Positions 53,298 through 62,577 of a DNA stretch of 64,000 nt are shown one piece after another. Position 1 is the stretch's first letter. Each line of letters begins with the position of its first letter. The stretch is from an uncultured delta proteobacterium (GTDB lineage Bacteria > Myxococcota_A > UBA9160 > SZUA-336), in the NCBI GenBank assembly GCA_963704165.1, contig CAVPHD010000001.1, forward strand, positions 128,001 through 192,000, given 5' to 3'. The position numbers and the translations under genes are program-made. Below the pieces are notes generated by a model. That model saw nothing but the letters and a program-made list of their open reading frames with translations. It searched no databases and was not told where the DNA came from.

Positions 53298-53643
53298 GCG
53301 TCGTTCTCGATCGCGACGGGATTCTCGCCGACCGCCGCGTGCCGGGAGCGCAGACGCGCGCGCGGCTGCAGCAGTTCTCGGTCAGGTACGCGATCAGCTC
53401 CTCGATCGCGGAGAACTCCGCGGAGTAGATCAGCGAGCGTCCGTCGCGACGGCGGCCGACCAGACCCGCGCGCGAGAGCTGCGCGAGGTGAAACGAGAGG
53501 GTCGCTCCGGGCAGGTCGAGCAGCGTCGAGATCCGGCCCGCGGGAAGTCCGTCCGGACCGTGCTGCACGAGCGTGCGGAAGATCCGCAAGCGTGTTTCCT
53601 GCGCCAGGGCCGCGAGCGCGCCGACGGCTCTCAATAATTCCAT
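53290..53643 (-). CDS. arsR: ArsR/SmtB repressor with C-terminal CC-x5-C As(III) site
   Basis: ALAALAQETRLRIFR, TLSFHL, LTENCCSRARVC. Confidence 0.93.
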   Translation of the reverse strand: MELLRAVGALAALAQETRLRIFRTLVQHGPDGLPAGRISTLLDLPGATLSFHLAQLSRAGLVGRRRDGRSLIYSAEFSAIEELIAYLTENCCSRARVCAPGTRRSARIPSRSRTTRG

Positions 53644-53679
53644 GAATCCGGAAATATCGAAATCCCTGAACCGTGTCAA
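53644..53679 (-). promoter_or_regulatory. Sigma70-type ars promoter, probably leaderless, with an overlapping imperfect dyad (candidate ArsR operator)
   Basis: TTGACA (53679-53674), 17 nt, TATTTC (53656-53651), 7 nt, then the arsR ATG; imperfect dyad ATTTCG-N7-CGGATT. Confidence 0.65.
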
Positions 53680-53725
53680 TTCCCGGTCCGAACCGGCCGC
53701 CCCCCCCGGGCTAGACTCCCGCGAA

Positions 53726-54814
53726 GTGAAGGCCCGACTTCTCGCGATCCTGCTCCCTCTCGCACTCGCGTTGGCCTGCAGCGCCGACGAGCCGACGCGC
53801 AAACCCGCTCCGATCCGGATCGACCCCATGGTCGATGCGAACTTTCCCCCCAAGGGCCCGATCGAGCTGCGCCCAACGGCGCCACCCGCGGAAGGAACGC
53901 TCTTTCAGCTGCAGCTGAAGTACGAGGGGCGCTCGGAAGCCCTGAACGAGGCCTCGAGCACGGCCACGCCCGAAACCCTCGACGAGCTGATGCAGCTCGA
54001 GCTCGACTACCGCCAGGTGCCGGTCGCCTCCCCCGACGAGGACAGCCTCGCCTCATCGCTCGTACTCGACGCCCTGCGCCGGCGGATGCGCGCATCCCCG
54101 CCCGGTGCGGAGATCAGCCTCGAGATCGGCGACGACCGAATTCGCGCCCAGGCCGACGACAAGATCGACGTCGATCTGCGCGGCGCGCAGCCGAAGGGTG
54201 ACCTGACCCCGCGCGCGGTCCTGAACCGGCCCTTCGCGCTGCTCGTCAGCGACCTGCGAGGGGGCCCGAAGAGCGTGACGCTCCGCGGCATCCCATCGGC
54301 GAAACGGCTGCTCGCGTCGCTGCCGATCCGCGAGTCGATCGGCTGGGTTCAGGTCGAGTTCCCGGACGGGCCGGTCCTCGCGGGAGAGAGCTGGACCGCA
54401 AAGCGATTCCTCCCGAACGCGATCGGCCGGCTCGGCGTCGGCATCGAGATCGAGTACCGCCTGGTCGGATTCGAGCGCGTGGACGGGGTGCCGTGCGCGC
54501 GCGTGTCGCTGCGCGCGAAGAAGGACACCGAGAACGCGCCGAGCGAGTTCGGCTTCACGTTCGAGCAGCTGCGCTACGAGGTCAGCGGTGACGCGTGGAT
54601 CTCGCTCGCAAACTCGGAAGTCCAGATGCTTCGAGTCGAGGACATCGCAGCGGTCAGCTACCGCCGCACCACCGGCACGACACCAGCGCGATTCCGCGCC
54701 CGCTACGAAGGACGCGCATCGCTCGAACGGTTGGCGGTCGAGACGACGTCGAGCCTGGCTTGGGCGGATGGCACCAAGCGCTTCGCCGAAGTGAACACGA
54801 CGCGCCGGAAGTGA
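53726..54814 (+). CDS. Hypothetical beta-rich lipoprotein
   Basis: VKARLLAILLPLALALAC lipobox; alternating beta-strand pattern. Confidence 0.7.
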   Translation: MKARLLAILLPLALALACSADEPTRKPAPIRIDPMVDANFPPKGPIELRPTAPPAEGTLFQLQLKYEGRSEALNEASSTATPETLDELMQLELDYRQVPVASPDEDSLASSLVLDALRRRMRASPPGAEISLEIGDDRIRAQADDKIDVDLRGAQPKGDLTPRAVLNRPFALLVSDLRGGPKSVTLRGIPSAKRLLASLPIRESIGWVQVEFPDGPVLAGESWTAKRFLPNAIGRLGVGIEIEYRLVGFERVDGVPCARVSLRAKKDTENAPSEFGFTFEQLRYEVSGDAWISLANSEVQMLRVEDIAAVSYRRTTGTTPARFRARYEGRASLERLAVETTSSLAWADGTKRFAEVNTTRRK

Positions 54815-54819
54815 AACGA

Positions 54820-54843
54820 CCCGATCGCCGCGAGGCGACCGGG
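54820..54843. terminator. GC-rich hairpin between convergent genes
   Basis: cccgatcgcc-gcga-ggcgaccggg with a GNRA loop; no clear U tract. Confidence 0.4.
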
Positions 54844-54872
54844 CCGCATTCACCCGTTTGGGCGAGCGTGAC

Positions 54873-57152
54873 TCAGAACTGGTAGGTCACTCCCATCCAG
54901 ACCTCGTCGCGCTTCTCCATCATGTTGTCGGCGAAGCTCTCTTTGCCGAACCACGGACCCTCGGCGTAGCGGCGGAAGTCCTCGTTGATCAGCTGCCAGT
55001 TGCCCGAGTTCCAGGTGGTCGGATCGGCCAGGCAATCCGTGCCGCCGCTCGGACAGATGTCGCGGATGTTGTGCACTTCCTTTCCGCCCTGGATCAGGTT
55101 GATTCCGACCTCGAACGAGATGCGGTCGTTCATCACCCACTTCAGCTTCGGACCGGTGATCCAGCCGTGCGACGCCCAGTCGTAGGCGACGAAGTTCGTG
55201 AGGATGATCGAGTCGTTGCGCCAGTAGTTCTCGATGAAGAACGTCGAGATGACGTTGTTCTCGAACTGCGTCATGCCGCGCCGGTTGTTCCCGTCGTAGT
55301 CCATGATGTGCTCGACGAAGGTCTGGAACGACACGAACGCGGTGCGGTCCTTGTTCAGGATCGGGATGAAGAAGCTGCGATCGAGACCGATCGCCGCGAG
55401 CAGCACGTCGCTGCTGTCGATACCGTCGACCTTGTTCGTGTTGTTGATCTTGCGATCGAAGTCGTAGGCCGTCTCGACCCGCAAGACGGTGTCGATGCCG
55501 GGGATCTGGTAGTCCGCCGATCCACCGAGCGTGAACGTGCGCGGATACTCGAGCTCGACCTGGCTCGTCGACCAGATCCACCCCAGCGGCTGGAGTCCGG
55601 TGCCCGAGTAGCAGAGGGGATCGGAACCGCATGCGGGCCCGAGAACTCCGGTCCAGTACCCGAGCGCGGTAGCGCTCGCGGTATTGACCGAGGTCTCGTC
55701 GTAGGGGTTGAAGCCGGGAATGATTCCATCCGCTGGGCCTCCCGCGAAGAGCGCCTGCAGGAAGAGCATCATCGCGGGGTTCGGGTTGGCCGTGCTGTAG
55801 TGGTTCTTGAAGCGAGCGACCGGGATGTCCTGGATGCCCCAGAAGCCCGAGAGCGAGAACGCGATCGACGGCTCCGGGATCCGGAACTCGAAGCGGAAGC
55901 CGGGCTCGGTGTTTCCGAGCGTCCAGTTCCGCTCGTCGACCGATCCGACGGACAGGTTCAAGAGGCCGTGGCTTCCGACGTCGGCGCGGCCCTCGCACGC
56001 GGCCGTGAACGCCCAGAAGTCACCGCACTGCCCGACCTGAATCGGCTTGAAGCGATCGACGACCCAGACGAGCTCGAGCGAGAAATCCTGAAGCGGCCCG
56101 ACCGTGCCAAAGCTGTGGATGAGGTCGAGCGAGAGCGACGGGATGCGCCGGTCTTCGAGCGACGGGAAGACGTTGTGGCTGCCGACGTCGATCGGATTCA
56201 CGAGATCCTGAAGGCGGAACGCGTCGGTCTTGCCCCAGACGATCTGCTGGCGGCCCATACGCAATTGCGTGTCCTTGTACTTGAGCTCGAGGTACGCCTC
56301 GCGCGCCCAGCACCAGTCGTGCACACCGTCGAAACAGCGCGTCGAGAGCTCCCCATCGGTGTGATTGATGCCGTACGGGGCCTGCTTGTCGATCGAGTTG
56401 CGGTCGCCCTTCAGGGCGCGGCCTCCGAAGGAGTAGATGTTCGTCCCTTGCGGCAGGCCGAGCCCCGCCAGGTGGGCGTCGCCCTGCTCGACCGAATCGA
56501 GGAACGTGCTGGTCGCCGAGGTCAGCCCGAGGCCGTAGAGCGTGTCGGCCGCGATGTTCCACGCCTTCGCGTCCGAGTTCCCGCCGAGCATGCCCTGATC
56601 GGAGCCGCGCGTCCGCGAGGCCGCGCCGAGGATCCCGAAGAAGATCGTGTTGTCGAAGACGAACTGCGGGTTGTTCTTGCCGGTGAAGAAGTTCGCCGTA
56701 TCGGCCGCGGTGTCGCAGAAGCCGCCGTTGATGCAGACGCCGGAGCCCGGGAAGTTGTTTCCCTCGATCGCATCCTTGGCGTTTGCCGCGGTCTGCGTGC
56801 CCGCCGCGCCCGACCGGCGTCGGTCGCCGAAGTAGTGCGGATACAGATCGTAGACCGCGTCGTACGTCGGCGTGACGATCCCGTGGAAGCTCACATCGAA
56901 GTCGGAGTCGGTGTACAGCCGGACGTCGAAGTTCATCTCGAGAGTGTTCATCCACTGCGTCATCTGAAAGTCTTTGGAGAGACTCGGCGAGTTGAAATAC
57001 ACGCTCGAGTTCGCCTTGCCGTGCAGCTCGAAGTTCTCCGACCACCAATCCGCCTGCGCGACGCTCGCCATCGAGAGCCCGATCATCACCCCCAGCAGCG
57101 GAGAGATCACGCGCACGACTCGCGACCTCGTCAGGTCCACCCTCTTCGTCAT
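54873..57152 (-). CDS. DUF1302 family outer-membrane beta-barrel protein
   Basis: Signal peptide, YDAVYD, REAYLE, LRMGRQQIVWGKTD, DLVNPID, C-terminal GVTYQF. Confidence 0.82.
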   Translation of the reverse strand: MTKRVDLTRSRVVRVISPLLGVMIGLSMASVAQADWWSENFELHGKANSSVYFNSPSLSKDFQMTQWMNTLEMNFDVRLYTDSDFDVSFHGIVTPTYDAVYDLYPHYFGDRRRSGAAGTQTAANAKDAIEGNNFPGSGVCINGGFCDTAADTANFFTGKNNPQFVFDNTIFFGILGAASRTRGSDQGMLGGNSDAKAWNIAADTLYGLGLTSATSTFLDSVEQGDAHLAGLGLPQGTNIYSFGGRALKGDRNSIDKQAPYGINHTDGELSTRCFDGVHDWCWAREAYLELKYKDTQLRMGRQQIVWGKTDAFRLQDLVNPIDVGSHNVFPSLEDRRIPSLSLDLIHSFGTVGPLQDFSLELVWVVDRFKPIQVGQCGDFWAFTAACEGRADVGSHGLLNLSVGSVDERNWTLGNTEPGFRFEFRIPEPSIAFSLSGFWGIQDIPVARFKNHYSTANPNPAMMLFLQALFAGGPADGIIPGFNPYDETSVNTASATALGYWTGVLGPACGSDPLCYSGTGLQPLGWIWSTSQVELEYPRTFTLGGSADYQIPGIDTVLRVETAYDFDRKINNTNKVDGIDSSDVLLAAIGLDRSFFIPILNKDRTAFVSFQTFVEHIMDYDGNNRRGMTQFENNVISTFFIENYWRNDSIILTNFVAYDWASHGWITGPKLKWVMNDRISFEVGINLIQGGKEVHNIRDICPSGGTDCLADPTTWNSGNWQLINEDFRRYAEGPWFGKESFADNMMEKRDEVWMGVTYQF

Positions 57153-57234
57153 ACTCCCTCCTCACAGCCCGCTACGAGCTGTCTCCCCAGTATTCCAGAA
57201 CCTGCCAAAATTCCCTTCGGAATTCGCGCCCACA

Positions 57235-57987
57235 TCACCGATTCTGCGCGTCCTTTTTCGGAAAGTCGAAGTCCAGAAGTGTCTGCTCGACCATCTGCGC
57301 TCCGCCCTCGCGCTCGTTCTTCGTGACGCTCCGCAGCAATCCGACGCCGCGCGCGTAGTAATCCAGATAGGAGAGGAGCGGCGCGTCCGGGTGAACGGAC
57401 GCGTCCCAGTACTCCGACTCGACCAGGAGCACGTCCGCAAATCTTCCCGCCGGAACGACGAGCTCGGCGATGGATTTGGTCCGACCCGTCCATTTGATCA
57501 GGCCACCGCCACCGTTCTCGGGCTGCTGAAGGAGCCGCGTCTCGTGGGTCCACGAAGCCCCGGGAGAGGCGTCGATCGGCATCACGCGAGCGGGATCCTC
57601 TTCGCCGAGCATTCGCAGCCGATCCGGAGTTCGGTAGTCGAGTCCGGTGTAGCGGCAGAGAAAGCCGTCGCGAGCGACGTACGCGGTGGGCCCGACCTCG
57701 GCAATTCCGAGCGCGTCCGCGCCGAGCGCGTGCTCGTCCATGATGAAGGCGACGCCGGGAAGGCCTTCGACCGCGCTGTCGCCGCGCGCGAAGACCTCGA
57801 CTTCGACGCCGCCGATCGCAAGCGCGTACTTGTAACGCCAGTGCGCACCGACCACGAGCGGGAAGTACTCGTTCGCCGCGACCCCCGAAGCGCGCGTGGG
57901 TGGCGAGGAGTCGCATGCGCCGACCAGCCCCCCGAGCCCGCAGAGCAGAGCCAGAGCGAGCACCGGGCGGCGACGCGCTACGCCCAT
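57235..57987 (-). CDS. Hypothetical lipoprotein (YFPL..W-x-Y, VVPAGRF, YYARGVGL pattern)
   Basis: Lipobox LVGAC; the VPAG beta-hairpin pattern is seen in TapB/DUF3108-like proteins. Confidence 0.7.
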   Translation of the reverse strand: MGVARRRPVLALALLCGLGGLVGACDSSPPTRASGVAANEYFPLVVGAHWRYKYALAIGGVEVEVFARGDSAVEGLPGVAFIMDEHALGADALGIAEVGPTAYVARDGFLCRYTGLDYRTPDRLRMLGEEDPARVMPIDASPGASWTHETRLLQQPENGGGGLIKWTGRTKSIAELVVPAGRFADVLLVESEYWDASVHPDAPLLSYLDYYARGVGLLRSVTKNEREGGAQMVEQTLLDFDFPKKDAQNR

Positions 57988-57994
57988 CCTTTCG

Positions 57995-60900
57995 CTAGTC
58001 CCGCTTCTCTTCCGCGGGGCCCGCCGCGAACTCGGGCCGGAACACGGCCGTGAACGCGGGGACGAGCAGCATGGCACCGATCATGTTCCCGATCAGCACC
58101 ACCGACAGAAGCAGGCTCATGTCCGCGGCAAAGCGCAAGCTCGAGATGAAGTACCAGAAGATGATGCCGCCCACCAACGTCGAGGCGGTGAAAAACACGG
58201 CCATGCCCGTGGTCTGGATCGCGATCCGCACGGCCTCGACCACATCGTGCCCGCGTTTCCGCTCGTGGACCACCCGATCCATGATGTACAGCGCGTAGTC
58301 GACCCCGACGCCGACGCCGAGCGCCTGGACCGGCAGCGTGTTCACGTCGAAGCCGATCCCGGTCCAGTACATGTAAGCGAGCGACACGAGCGCCGCGGTG
58401 CCGAGCGACAAGATCAGATACAGCGCGATCGAGAACGCGCGGTAGGAAATCCACACGATCATGAACGTCGTGAAGAACGAGGCGATCAGCGTGGCGTTGT
58501 TGCTGCCCTCGACCTCTTCGTTGCTCGCCGCGAGCACGCCCATCAGCCCGGACGCGAGCGCGAAGCTCGTCCCCTCGGCCCAGCGCCCCGACTCACGGCG
58601 CTCGTAGTCTCCAGACTGGTATTTCACCCAAAGCTCGTACGGCTCGTACAGGCCGCGCTTTCGCACCTGCGCGTTCACGCCGCGCTCGGGCGAACCCCAC
58701 TCCGCGACGACGTCGAACTTGCGCCGGTCGAGCTCCGCCGCGTTGATCAGCGCGTAGGCGGTGACGAGGTCGAAGCCCTCGACCTCTGCGATCTCCTCGA
58801 CGTCCGCGTTCGCGATCTTGGTGACCGTGTCGTAGCCGCTCTCGACGAGCACCTCACGAAGCTCGCGCGTCATCCGCGGAAGCGTGAGGATGCGGGCCTG
58901 GGAGTCCTCGGGGGCCGGGTCGGTGCGATCCGGGGACTCGACCTGCTGCTTCTCGTACTGCCCGTCGGGCTGTTGCAGGTAGACACCGAGCTCGACCGGC
59001 CGAGGCGGAAGCAGTGGTCCGATCCACCAGAAGACCGTCGCGATCCAGTCGTCCTCGGGAACCTCGAGCCGCACGGCGACCTTCCCGGTCGGGCGCGCCT
59101 TGAGATAGCCCTTGATGCGCTCGACCGCGTGGCGAATCGTGTCGCCCTGGTGGTCGCCGTAGAAGAGCCGGATCGCGGCATTGCGCGCGACCTGATCGCG
59201 CACCGGATTCAGCACGCGGGGATCGGGCGATCCCGCTTCGTACAGATACAGGAGTCCGCCGATCTCCTGCGGCGTGTAGGGAATGGTCGACCAGCGCGGA
59301 TCCGCGTTGTGGAACGTGCGGTTGATCGCCTTCAGGTACTCGACGATCGAGAGCGTGCCGCCGACACCGGGCTCCTGCTCCATGAAGCGCTGGAACGCCT
59401 CGATCTCGGTCATGACCTCGGGCCGGTGGATGCCGCCCTCCATCTCCGTCTCGACCACGATCGTCAACTCGTCCGCGCCGTAGAAACGCTTGCTGATCGC
59501 CGCCGAGGACTGGTTGAACTCGTGGTCCGGCCAGAGGATCGGCGTGCCCGGCCGCGACTCGCCGACCTTCACGTACGGCGCGACGACGAACGACGAGACC
59601 ACGATCACGAGCCAGACCGCTAGGATCACGCGCGCGGAGCGGGGCTCGGTCGCCCAGCGCGACATCACTCGCAGGATCTTCACGACCGGCGCGGGCACGT
59701 AGTGTTCCGTGCTCTTGGGCGCGGGGAAGTAGGCGATCATGAGCCGGTTCAGGAGCATCTCCGTCACCGCGATCGAGAGCGCCCAGAACGCGCCGACCAA
59801 CGCCACCTTCTTCATCAGCGCGATCGACGAGACGTAGATCACGAGGATGCCGAAGGCGTCGGTCAGGATCGCGAGCGAGCCGGGCAAGAGGAGCTCGGCC
59901 ATCGACGAGATCACGGCTTCGTCCTTGTCGCCGTTCAGGCGCTCGTACTCCTCGTAGAAGCGCTCGACGAACTGCACCGAGTGACTCACCGCACGCGCGG
60001 TGATCAACATCGGAATCACGAGCACGAGCGGCTCGAGCTGGTATCCGACGAGCGACGTGAAGCCGAGGCCCCAGACCGCCGAGACGACCGCGCCCGTGAA
60101 CGGCATCGCGATGCCATAGAAGCGCCGGAAGTAGACCGCGAGCAGGATCAAGAGGATCGCGAGCGAGAGCAGGAGGATCAGGATGATCTCGGGCAGGAAC
60201 TCGAAGGTCCAGCCGGTCAGGATCGGCTGCCCCGTCAGATGGACCTCGGCCGAGCCATCGGCCTCGAGCTCGAGCTTGAGCTCGTAGATCTCCTTGAAGA
60301 TCGCGGAGTAATCGAGTCGGCCCTCGATGAAGCCGGCCGACACCAGCGCCGCTTGATCGTCGAGTGACACGAGCCGACCGAAGACCTGTTTGTTCTGGTG
60401 GATCCGGTCGGGGAGCGTGGCCATGATCTCGCTCGGGATCAGATTCCCGTCGGGACCGGAGAGCTCCTCGCCCCGGAGCTCGTAGCCGGGGGGCAGCTCT
60501 TCGAGGCGCAGGATCAGAAACTCGATCTGCGCGTTTTCCTTGCGCAGCAGGCGAAGGCGCTCGGCCTCCTTGCGATCCTTCATCTGCTCGAGCCGAAGCG
60601 CCCGCGTGGGTCCGAGCTCCGCGACGAGCTCGTCCTTCCGCTTCGCCGCGTGTGCGCGCAGCTCTTCGAGGGTGGTCGGCACCGGCTCGGTCTTCCGGCT
60701 CGCGGCGATCCGGAGCGTCCGGCGAGTGAAGAACTGCGCCTCGAGCAGAGCGATGGCCTGCTCGCCGATGATCTGCGTCGACCGCATGATCCCTTCGCGG
60801 TCCACTTCCTGGTCCCGGATCGTGATCGCGGTGATCGACGAGATCTGTCCGTGATCGACGCCCTCGACCTTGTCGATCTGGTCGGTGAACGCGAAGACCT

Positions 60901-61165
60901 TCTCGAGGAACTGCTCGTCGTAGATCGTGCCGCTCTTCGCGATGATCGCGGCGGTGACGACGTTCGCGCTCCCGAACTGCCGGTTGTACTTCTCGTAGAC
61001 CTGGATGAACGCGTGATTGCGCGGCAGCAGATCGACGAACTGGCTGAACACCTGCAGCTGCAGCGCGTGGTAGCCGAAGAAGAGCGTCGCCGCGCCAATG
61101 ATGGCGAGGTTGACCCCGCGGTACTTGATGAAGAACCGCGAGAAGCGGACCGCGAACTGATCCAT
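57995..61165 (-). CDS. MMPL/RND family transporter with two large insertions
   Basis: Two (1+5)-TM repeats, ARAVSHSVQF, ILTDAFG, GVGVGVDYALY, TTGMAV; 1056 aa. Confidence 0.9.
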   Translation of the reverse strand: MDQFAVRFSRFFIKYRGVNLAIIGAATLFFGYHALQLQVFSQFVDLLPRNHAFIQVYEKYNRQFGSANVVTAAIIAKSGTIYDEQFLEKVFAFTDQIDKVEGVDHGQISSITAITIRDQEVDREGIMRSTQIIGEQAIALLEAQFFTRRTLRIAASRKTEPVPTTLEELRAHAAKRKDELVAELGPTRALRLEQMKDRKEAERLRLLRKENAQIEFLILRLEELPPGYELRGEELSGPDGNLIPSEIMATLPDRIHQNKQVFGRLVSLDDQAALVSAGFIEGRLDYSAIFKEIYELKLELEADGSAEVHLTGQPILTGWTFEFLPEIILILLLSLAILLILLAVYFRRFYGIAMPFTGAVVSAVWGLGFTSLVGYQLEPLVLVIPMLITARAVSHSVQFVERFYEEYERLNGDKDEAVISSMAELLLPGSLAILTDAFGILVIYVSSIALMKKVALVGAFWALSIAVTEMLLNRLMIAYFPAPKSTEHYVPAPVVKILRVMSRWATEPRSARVILAVWLVIVVSSFVVAPYVKVGESRPGTPILWPDHEFNQSSAAISKRFYGADELTIVVETEMEGGIHRPEVMTEIEAFQRFMEQEPGVGGTLSIVEYLKAINRTFHNADPRWSTIPYTPQEIGGLLYLYEAGSPDPRVLNPVRDQVARNAAIRLFYGDHQGDTIRHAVERIKGYLKARPTGKVAVRLEVPEDDWIATVFWWIGPLLPPRPVELGVYLQQPDGQYEKQQVESPDRTDPAPEDSQARILTLPRMTRELREVLVESGYDTVTKIANADVEEIAEVEGFDLVTAYALINAAELDRRKFDVVAEWGSPERGVNAQVRKRGLYEPYELWVKYQSGDYERRESGRWAEGTSFALASGLMGVLAASNEEVEGSNNATLIASFFTTFMIVWISYRAFSIALYLILSLGTAALVSLAYMYWTGIGFDVNTLPVQALGVGVGVDYALYIMDRVVHERKRGHDVVEAVRIAIQTTGMAVFFTASTLVGGIIFWYFISSLRFAADMSLLLSVVLIGNMIGAMLLVPAFTAVFRPEFAAGPAEEKRD

Positions 61166-61197
61166 GGGCTCGATCCTCTGGGTTTCGGTGCCCGGGT

Positions 61198-62343
61198 TCA
61201 GGGAACGCCGGACGCAGGCGAAGCGGCTCCGGGGGTCGATTCCCGATTGCCGCCAATTCCGGTGAGTGGCGGCTCAGGCGCCGTGGACGTGGTCGGAGTC
61301 ACCGCCGCAATCCATGACTCCCCGCCGTCCTCGGAGCGGAGGACGAGCCCTCGCTCGCCCACCACGATCGCCTCGGTCTGGCTCGCGAACGTCACCGCGG
61401 AGAGCCAGTTGAAGAGCGGCGGGCGTTCGGCATCTCGCCAGCTTCGGCCCCCGTCGCGCGAGATGTAGATCACGCCGCGGTTGCCGACGGCGATGCCGTG
61501 TTCGCCACTCCAGGCGATTCCGAACAGACCGGCCGTGGTCTCGACCGAGCGCGACTCCCAGACTCGGCCCGAATCACTCGACACGAGCACGCTGCCCGCG
61601 AGACCGACCGCCGCGGCCGGGCCCGTGCCGGCGCCGGACAGGTCGAAGAGGTAGAGGTCGTCGGGTGCACCGTGGATCTCCCGCTCCCCCGTCCATGTCT
61701 CGCCGCCATCGCGGGTTCGAAGCAGGGTCGCGAACTCGCCGGCGATCCACCCGTCCGTCGGGCTGGTGAAGGCCACCGCGTTCAGCAATCGCTCCAGCAC
61801 GTTCTCGTCCGCATACTGCACCGCGTCAAAAGACACGCTCTCCCATCTCTCGCCATCGCGGGTTCGCAACACGACTCCGAGATCCCCGACCGCGAACGCG
61901 TGCGTCGAGGAGATCGCCGCAACACTGAACAGGTTCGTGTCGAGCGGACGCGCATCGCCCATCTCGTCCGTGAGCAAAACGGGTTGCAGCGTCCAGGACG
62001 CGCCACCGTCCGACGAGCGCAGGATCGTGCCGTTGGCGCCCACCGCCCAGCCGGTCTGCTCGTCGGCGAATGAAACGCCAAAGAGCGTGTTCGCCGTCGG
62101 CGTGTCGGGCTGCATCCAGGTGCGCCCCGCGTCGGTCGAGCGCAGGATCGTTCCCCAATATCCTCCGGCCCAGGCGTTCTGACCGTGCGACGTCACGGCG
62201 TAGAGGTTGGCTGCGGGCAACTTCCAGGTTTCGAATCGAGCCGGATCGAGAGCCGCGTGGACGGAGAAAGCACCGATCAGGCCGAGCAGGACGCTCAGGG
62301 CGACCCACACCGGATGGCCGTTCAACGATCGACGCCAGTTCAT
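61198..62343 (-). CDS. YCF48-like BNR/Asp-box beta-propeller protein
   Basis: Repeated G-x-ILR-S/T-x-DGG-x-S/T-W boxes after a signal/TM segment; ATG at 62343. Confidence 0.9.
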   Translation of the reverse strand: MNWRRSLNGHPVWVALSVLLGLIGAFSVHAALDPARFETWKLPAANLYAVTSHGQNAWAGGYWGTILRSTDAGRTWMQPDTPTANTLFGVSFADEQTGWAVGANGTILRSSDGGASWTLQPVLLTDEMGDARPLDTNLFSVAAISSTHAFAVGDLGVVLRTRDGERWESVSFDAVQYADENVLERLLNAVAFTSPTDGWIAGEFATLLRTRDGGETWTGEREIHGAPDDLYLFDLSGAGTGPAAAVGLAGSVLVSSDSGRVWESRSVETTAGLFGIAWSGEHGIAVGNRGVIYISRDGGRSWRDAERPPLFNWLSAVTFASQTEAIVVGERGLVLRSEDGGESWIAAVTPTTSTAPEPPLTGIGGNRESTPGAASPASGVP

Positions 62344-62577
62344 CGTACCCCCACGAGATCCGAGCGGATGGATGCCGCGTATCATCGTTAGGACCGTGCG
62401 CAGGGTCAACCGGGATGCTCGGGGTCGGGACTGAGAACGCAGGAATCCGCTTCACATGCTTGAAAGCCAGCGAATCAGCGCGCATCATCAGGTTTCAAGT
62501 CGGGGTGGCCGTTACGTTCGTGGCGGCTGCGTGTTGGGCTGCGACCGACGCAGTGGAATCTAGTGGAGGGAGGTCCG

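Noticed and set aside
61300..62200. Repeated nucleotide motifs (for example tctcgccatcgcgggttcg) as a DNA repeat array
   Set aside because: They encode the Asp-box repeats of the YCF48 protein.
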